This document shows positions 59,862 through 64,000 of a DNA stretch of 64,000 bases, piece after piece (position 1 is the stretch's first letter; each line of letters starts with the position of its first letter). The notes below the pieces were generated by a model. The model did not search any database, was not told the origin of the DNA, and saw only the letters and a program-made list of their open reading frames with translations. A program made the translations under genes and the position numbers. The DNA comes from Candidatus Latescibacterota bacterium (lineage in GTDB: Bacteria; Latescibacterota; UBA2968; GCA-2709665). The stretch is taken from the NCBI GenBank assembly GCA_965248435.1, contig OZ252100.1, forward strand, positions 1 through 64,000, in the 5' to 3' direction.

Positions 59862-60923
59862 ATGCAGAGGGTAAGAACGGCGCTGCTCGGCGTGACCCAC
59901 CCGCACTCCAGCTTTCACCTCAAAACTCTGCAGACATCATCCATGGTCTCGGGGATCGTCCTCTACGATCCTGATGGTGATGCACTCGAAAGCGTGAGGT
60001 CGGAGTACAAGGTCGAATCTGTCTACACCGATTTGGAGGCTCTCCTCGCCGAGGAGAAGTTCCCAGTTGGAATTGGTTGCGTTGAAAACGATCTCAACGC
60101 AGTTTTGTGCAATAGGCTCATCGAAGCCGGCGTACACGTGATGAGCGAGAAACCGATCGGGAAAAACGCAAAGGAAGTCGGGTCCGTGGTGTCCGCAGCG
60201 AGAGAAAAGCGAGTCAAACTGGGGGTGATGTACTCAAACCGATCTCATCCCATCACCCAGGAGGCTCGCAGACTCGTCCAAGACGGCGTGATCGGGCGCG
60301 TGACGAGCTGTGAAGCAAGGCAGGTAACCTCTCAGATCAAGTTCAGGAATCCCGATCTATGGCTGTTCAAGAAAGACAGGGCCGGGGGCGGCATTCTGTC
60401 CTGGCTGGGCTGCCACCACATCGATCTGCTGTGCTATGTGATGGGGGATGAAGTCGCGTCGGTCTCTGCAATTGTGGATACCCTGAGCGGCGAGGCGATC
60501 GACGTGGAGGATGTGGCATCGGTCAGTTTTCGGTTTCAGAGCGGCGCCATCGGAGGACTGCAGGCAGGATACCAGCTCGCGATGAGCACCGCGGGCTATC
60601 AAGGGGCGAAATACGATAGCTATGTCGGGTTCCGCGGGACAGAAGGTCGGCTCTACTGGAGTCCGATCGATCGACCTCCGCGGCTTCACGTGGAGAGCGC
60701 TCATCCGGAATGGGCTTCGTCACCCGAACGCACGTTCGACTTTGCACTCCCCCATGTGGAGGCCTACGGAGGCGCACACGGCCTCTCTTTTGTCGAAACC
60801 TTCATTTCGTCCGCGCTCGGCGAAGGGGAGCCGGTGGCCACGGGTGAGGATGCACTTCGCGTCGCCAGGATCGTGGATGCGATCTACGAATCGAACGATA
60901 CTGGAAGAAGAATCGAGTTGTGA
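59862..60923 (+). CDS. Gfo/Idh/MocA family oxidoreductase
   Basis: HVMSEKP, AGGGILSWLGCHHID, DVED. Confidence 0.9.
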   Translation: MQRVRTALLGVTHPHSSFHLKTLQTSSMVSGIVLYDPDGDALESVRSEYKVESVYTDLEALLAEEKFPVGIGCVENDLNAVLCNRLIEAGVHVMSEKPIGKNAKEVGSVVSAAREKRVKLGVMYSNRSHPITQEARRLVQDGVIGRVTSCEARQVTSQIKFRNPDLWLFKKDRAGGGILSWLGCHHIDLLCYVMGDEVASVSAIVDTLSGEAIDVEDVASVSFRFQSGAIGGLQAGYQLAMSTAGYQGAKYDSYVGFRGTEGRLYWSPIDRPPRLHVESAHPEWASSPERTFDFALPHVEAYGGAHGLSFVETFISSALGEGEPVATGEDALRVARIVDAIYESNDTGRRIEL

Positions 60924-61765
60924 TGGTTGCTTCGGGACGGGCCTCGGTGCGGTTGGAGACCATCAATCGAGAAGCCGTGACGCCCCTGGGTATGGCAGGA
61001 AACCCCGACACCAAAAGCCGGTGGCTGAGCACAGCTTTTGACGCAGGAATAAACGCCTTTTTCTTCTACAACCTCTCCTTCTCCGGGATGATCGCCGGCT
61101 TGCGCAACCTCCTCAAACGGGAACGTGAGCGTGTGATCGTGGCGACCGGAACAGAATCCCGGGATCCCTTCGAGATGAGGCGACACCTCGACCGCATCAA
61201 GGCGCAGCTGCAGGTGAGCGTCATCGACCTGTTCTTCGCAGAATACGTCTCTCCTTCAGACGGGACAGATGATGTGTTGGGAGTCGGAGGTGCGTTGGAT
61301 GAGATTTGGAAGTGGAGGGAGGAGGGGACCGTGCGCTACGTAGGGGCGACGGTGCACGATCGCCCGCTCGCTTTGAAGTTGATCGCAAGCGGGAAGGTCG
61401 AGGTGTTGATGCACCGCTATAACATGGCACACCGTGGCGCCGTGGCAGAAGTGCTTCCTGCGGCCATCGGTGCGGGAGTTCCTGTAGTTGCGTTCACCTG
61501 CACACGCTGGGGATCGCTTCTAAAGGGTCACCCGGAGTGGGCGGGAGAGATTCCAACCGCTGTGGATTGTTACCGGTATGCGCTGTGCCACCCGGCGGTA
61601 GACCTTGCGCTAACGGCGCCTGCTTCGCTGGATGAGCTTCAAGGGAATCTCGGGGTGATGAAAGAGCCGATGGCTGTGGACGCGGGCCAGATCACGAGTT
61701 GGGAGTCCTACGGCGATCTCGTCTATGGGTCCGGCACCGATGCCTTTGAAACAAAATGGCCTTGA
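60920..61765 (+). CDS. Aldo/keto reductase family protein
   Basis: AFDAGIN.FF, IDLF, EEGTVRYVG.TVHDR, RYNMAH. Confidence 0.8.
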   Translation: MMVASGRASVRLETINREAVTPLGMAGNPDTKSRWLSTAFDAGINAFFFYNLSFSGMIAGLRNLLKRERERVIVATGTESRDPFEMRRHLDRIKAQLQVSVIDLFFAEYVSPSDGTDDVLGVGGALDEIWKWREEGTVRYVGATVHDRPLALKLIASGKVEVLMHRYNMAHRGAVAEVLPAAIGAGVPVVAFTCTRWGSLLKGHPEWAGEIPTAVDCYRYALCHPAVDLALTAPASLDELQGNLGVMKEPMAVDAGQITSWESYGDLVYGSGTDAFETKWP

Positions 61766-61780
61766 CCGGATCGATCTAGG

Positions 61781-62764
61781 TCAGACGACGGGGCTCGGAA
61801 GGTCCTTACCGTTCAGCCCGGCGACCAGGTTGTCCACTGCGAGTCGGGCCATCGCGCGTCGTGTCTGAACCGCAGCGCTACCCAGATGTGGGGTAATGAT
61901 CACGTTGTCCATCTTGAGGAGCGGGTGATCTCTAGGGAGGGGTTCCGGTTCGGTCACATCCAGCGCTGCGCCGCGTATCTGCCCGTTCTGTAACGCTTCT
62001 GTCAAGGCCTCGTGATCCACGATGGGTCCGCGGGCAACGTTGATGAGAAACGCTGTGGGTTTCATCATCGCAAGCTCATCTCGACCGATCAAGCCTTTCG
62101 TCTCCTCGGTCATCTTGACGTTCAGGGAGACAAAGTCGGACTCGGAGAGCAGATCGTTTAGCGTTGCATAGGTAACACCGAGTTCCGCTTCCACCCTGGG
62201 GTCCGGTTTCCGGTTATGGTAGAGTACCCTCATGTCGAATCCCTTGGATCGGTGGGCCACGTGCCTGCCGATGTTGCCCAATCCCACGATGCCCAGCGTA
62301 GATCCGTGAATATCCCATCCGATGAATAGATTGGGGTCGTGTCTCGTGAAGGCCTCGCTTCTCGCGTAGCGGTCTGAGCTGACGACCTGTCTGGCAATCG
62401 CCAGGATCAGGGCGAATGTCATATCCGCAGCCGCACCATCTAGTGTGTTCGCCGTATTTCCTACCGGTATTCCCCGCTTCCGTGCCGCTTCCAGGTCTAT
62501 GTGCTCCACACCCACGCCGTGAATACTGATAACCTTGAGAGAAGACAAGCGATCCATCAGCGCCTCATCGATCGGAAACAGGCTATATCCGAATAGCCCA
62601 TCGAACGACGCGTATTGATCGGGACTGGGGCCGCCCTCTGACATAATCGTGACTTCGCAGTGCTCATCCAGCATCTTGCGGAGCTCTTCGGGGACCGGAA
62701 CGTTCAACAGGACTTTGTGTGCCATACCAACATGCTTCCTTTCATTAGGTTTGGAACGGTTCAA
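61781..62764 (-). CDS. D-glycerate dehydrogenase/glyoxylate reductase family
   Basis: VGLGNIG, INVARG, ALDVTEPEPLP and TPHLGSA. The start may be 62725. Confidence 0.9.
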   Translation of the reverse strand: MNRSKPNERKHVGMAHKVLLNVPVPEELRKMLDEHCEVTIMSEGGPSPDQYASFDGLFGYSLFPIDEALMDRLSSLKVISIHGVGVEHIDLEAARKRGIPVGNTANTLDGAAADMTFALILAIARQVVSSDRYARSEAFTRHDPNLFIGWDIHGSTLGIVGLGNIGRHVAHRSKGFDMRVLYHNRKPDPRVEAELGVTYATLNDLLSESDFVSLNVKMTEETKGLIGRDELAMMKPTAFLINVARGPIVDHEALTEALQNGQIRGAALDVTEPEPLPRDHPLLKMDNVIITPHLGSAAVQTRRAMARLAVDNLVAGLNGKDLPSPVV

Positions 62765-63732
62765 TTCGTCGGCGTGAGAATGCGCTTTGGATTCTCGACC
62801 ATGATTTGATCGACCTGTTCGTCCGAGAGACCGACTTCGCGGAGCAGGGGTGCAAACCAGTCCATCAGCAGCGCGAACCCGTGACCGCCATATTTCTTGA
62901 GGTGGTACTTGCGCGTCATATCACACGAAACTGTGACCTGCTCTATATGTCCCCAGTCTGCGAATGTTTTTGCAAGCTGGGCCTTTCCGTGTTCAAAAAG
63001 CTTGCCATTGTCTCGTTCACCGTAGCCGACGGTGTCGATCCCGACGTTGACGCCCGTATCGAGGATGCGTTTGAGGTGTTCCATCTCCGGGTTGGACAGA
63101 CCGGCCGCCACAGCTGACGCGTCGGAGGGCATCATGTGTCCCAGAACGACCTTATCGATCTGGGCACCGTGCCTTTTGAACGCTTCTACCTGCCAGTCAC
63201 AGTCTCTCAGCCCACAATGGGTCGAGATGGGGATCCCAACTGCCTGCTGCGTCATACAGGCCGCTTGAAAAACCTTGTCAGCATCCTCAGGCACGCCATC
63301 CTCGTTCGAACCGAACTCGGCAAGCACGCCGGGGCGCACATCGGTTCCTTCAAAGCCGTTCTCGCATTCGTTGGTCCATCGCTGAGCCAGCTCTTCTGCT
63401 GTGGATGCCGCCACATAATCAGGCCACACGATCGGCCGGTAGACACCTGTTGAGGTGATGATGTTGATCCCGGAGTCCTCCGCGATCTTCTTGAGTCCAG
63501 CAGGATTCGGACCCAGGCCGATGCATGTGAGATCGACGATCGTACGCCCGCCGGCACGCAGAACGTCCTTCATTTCCCAGATCAGCGTATCTATCTCATC
63601 AAGTTTTTTATTTGGGTCGTTGCCACTCCACGAGTTGTCCACAATCACGTGCTCGTGCGCGTAGGTTGGGCCCAGATCCTCAGGCGAAATTGGTCCCAGC
63701 ACACCCATAACTTTTCCAGGCTGAGAACTCAT
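62761..63732 (-). CDS. Phosphotriesterase-related amidohydrolase (PHP-like)
   Basis: HEH metal motif, GGRTIVD, a Glu in VLAEFG, STH, GH, SCD and GGHG. Confidence 0.85.
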   Translation of the reverse strand: MSSQPGKVMGVLGPISPEDLGPTYAHEHVIVDNSWSGNDPNKKLDEIDTLIWEMKDVLRAGGRTIVDLTCIGLGPNPAGLKKIAEDSGINIITSTGVYRPIVWPDYVAASTAEELAQRWTNECENGFEGTDVRPGVLAEFGSNEDGVPEDADKVFQAACMTQQAVGIPISTHCGLRDCDWQVEAFKRHGAQIDKVVLGHMMPSDASAVAAGLSNPEMEHLKRILDTGVNVGIDTVGYGERDNGKLFEHGKAQLAKTFADWGHIEQVTVSCDMTRKYHLKKYGGHGFALLMDWFAPLLREVGLSDEQVDQIMVENPKRILTPTN

Positions 63733-64000
63733 CCTTCTTCCTTTTCCTGTCTGTCGCTTGTTGGACCAAACTGACTAAGGATCCGAATGACACGGGGCGC
63801 TGAATATATAGCCACCCGGGACGTCGGGCAATCGGAAAGAGGGAGACGGAGCGGAACTCTCAGGCCCATAGGCGCTACAGCAAAGTCAACAAGTTTGTTT
63901 TGATTTAATGGAACGGTTTGGAAGTCTGAGATGTTTAAGAAGGTGAAATCACAATTCGTATCTAAACCTGGAATTTTCCAGCCTTTCGGAGGTTCATTGA

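Overview
This is a GC-rich bacterial chromosomal window. Its gene style (FlgD-Ig-tailed secreted proteins, dockerin-like tails, many Gfo/Idh/MocA paralogs) suggests an FCB-superphylum lineage such as Latescibacterota, which is an inference. From left to right it holds: a Wzx/Wzy polysaccharide cluster (two GT4s, a methyltransferase, wzx, a frameshifted wzy/waaL-like gene, and a wzc carrying an extra TM+SPOR tail); a head-to-head break near 9370 that truncates wzc and an FGE-domain gene; a TsdA-like diheme cytochrome; a GT2; a 1518-aa secreted repeat protein behind two sigma54-type promoters; tonB-exbB-exbD; an RND pump; an FN3 lipoprotein; an NtrC-type activator split by a 1042-bp IS30; thrC followed by a FliG-TM-FecR fusion; hpnCDE; a cobalamin riboswitch with a btuB/btuG-like/cobO/cobU/cobT/cobS operon; comA; an MFS transporter; and a block of oxidoreductases. 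That block contains a 1124-bp direct duplication flanking a 2.5-kb insert. The insert begins with a mosaic of short fragments copied from neighbouring genes. The best candidates for new biology are the stand-alone FliG-FecR transmembrane protein and the Wzc-SPOR fusion. The mosaic, the duplication and the 9370 junction may be amplification or assembly chimeras. I found no rRNA, tRNA or CRISPR array. All homology calls are by eye, with no database search.
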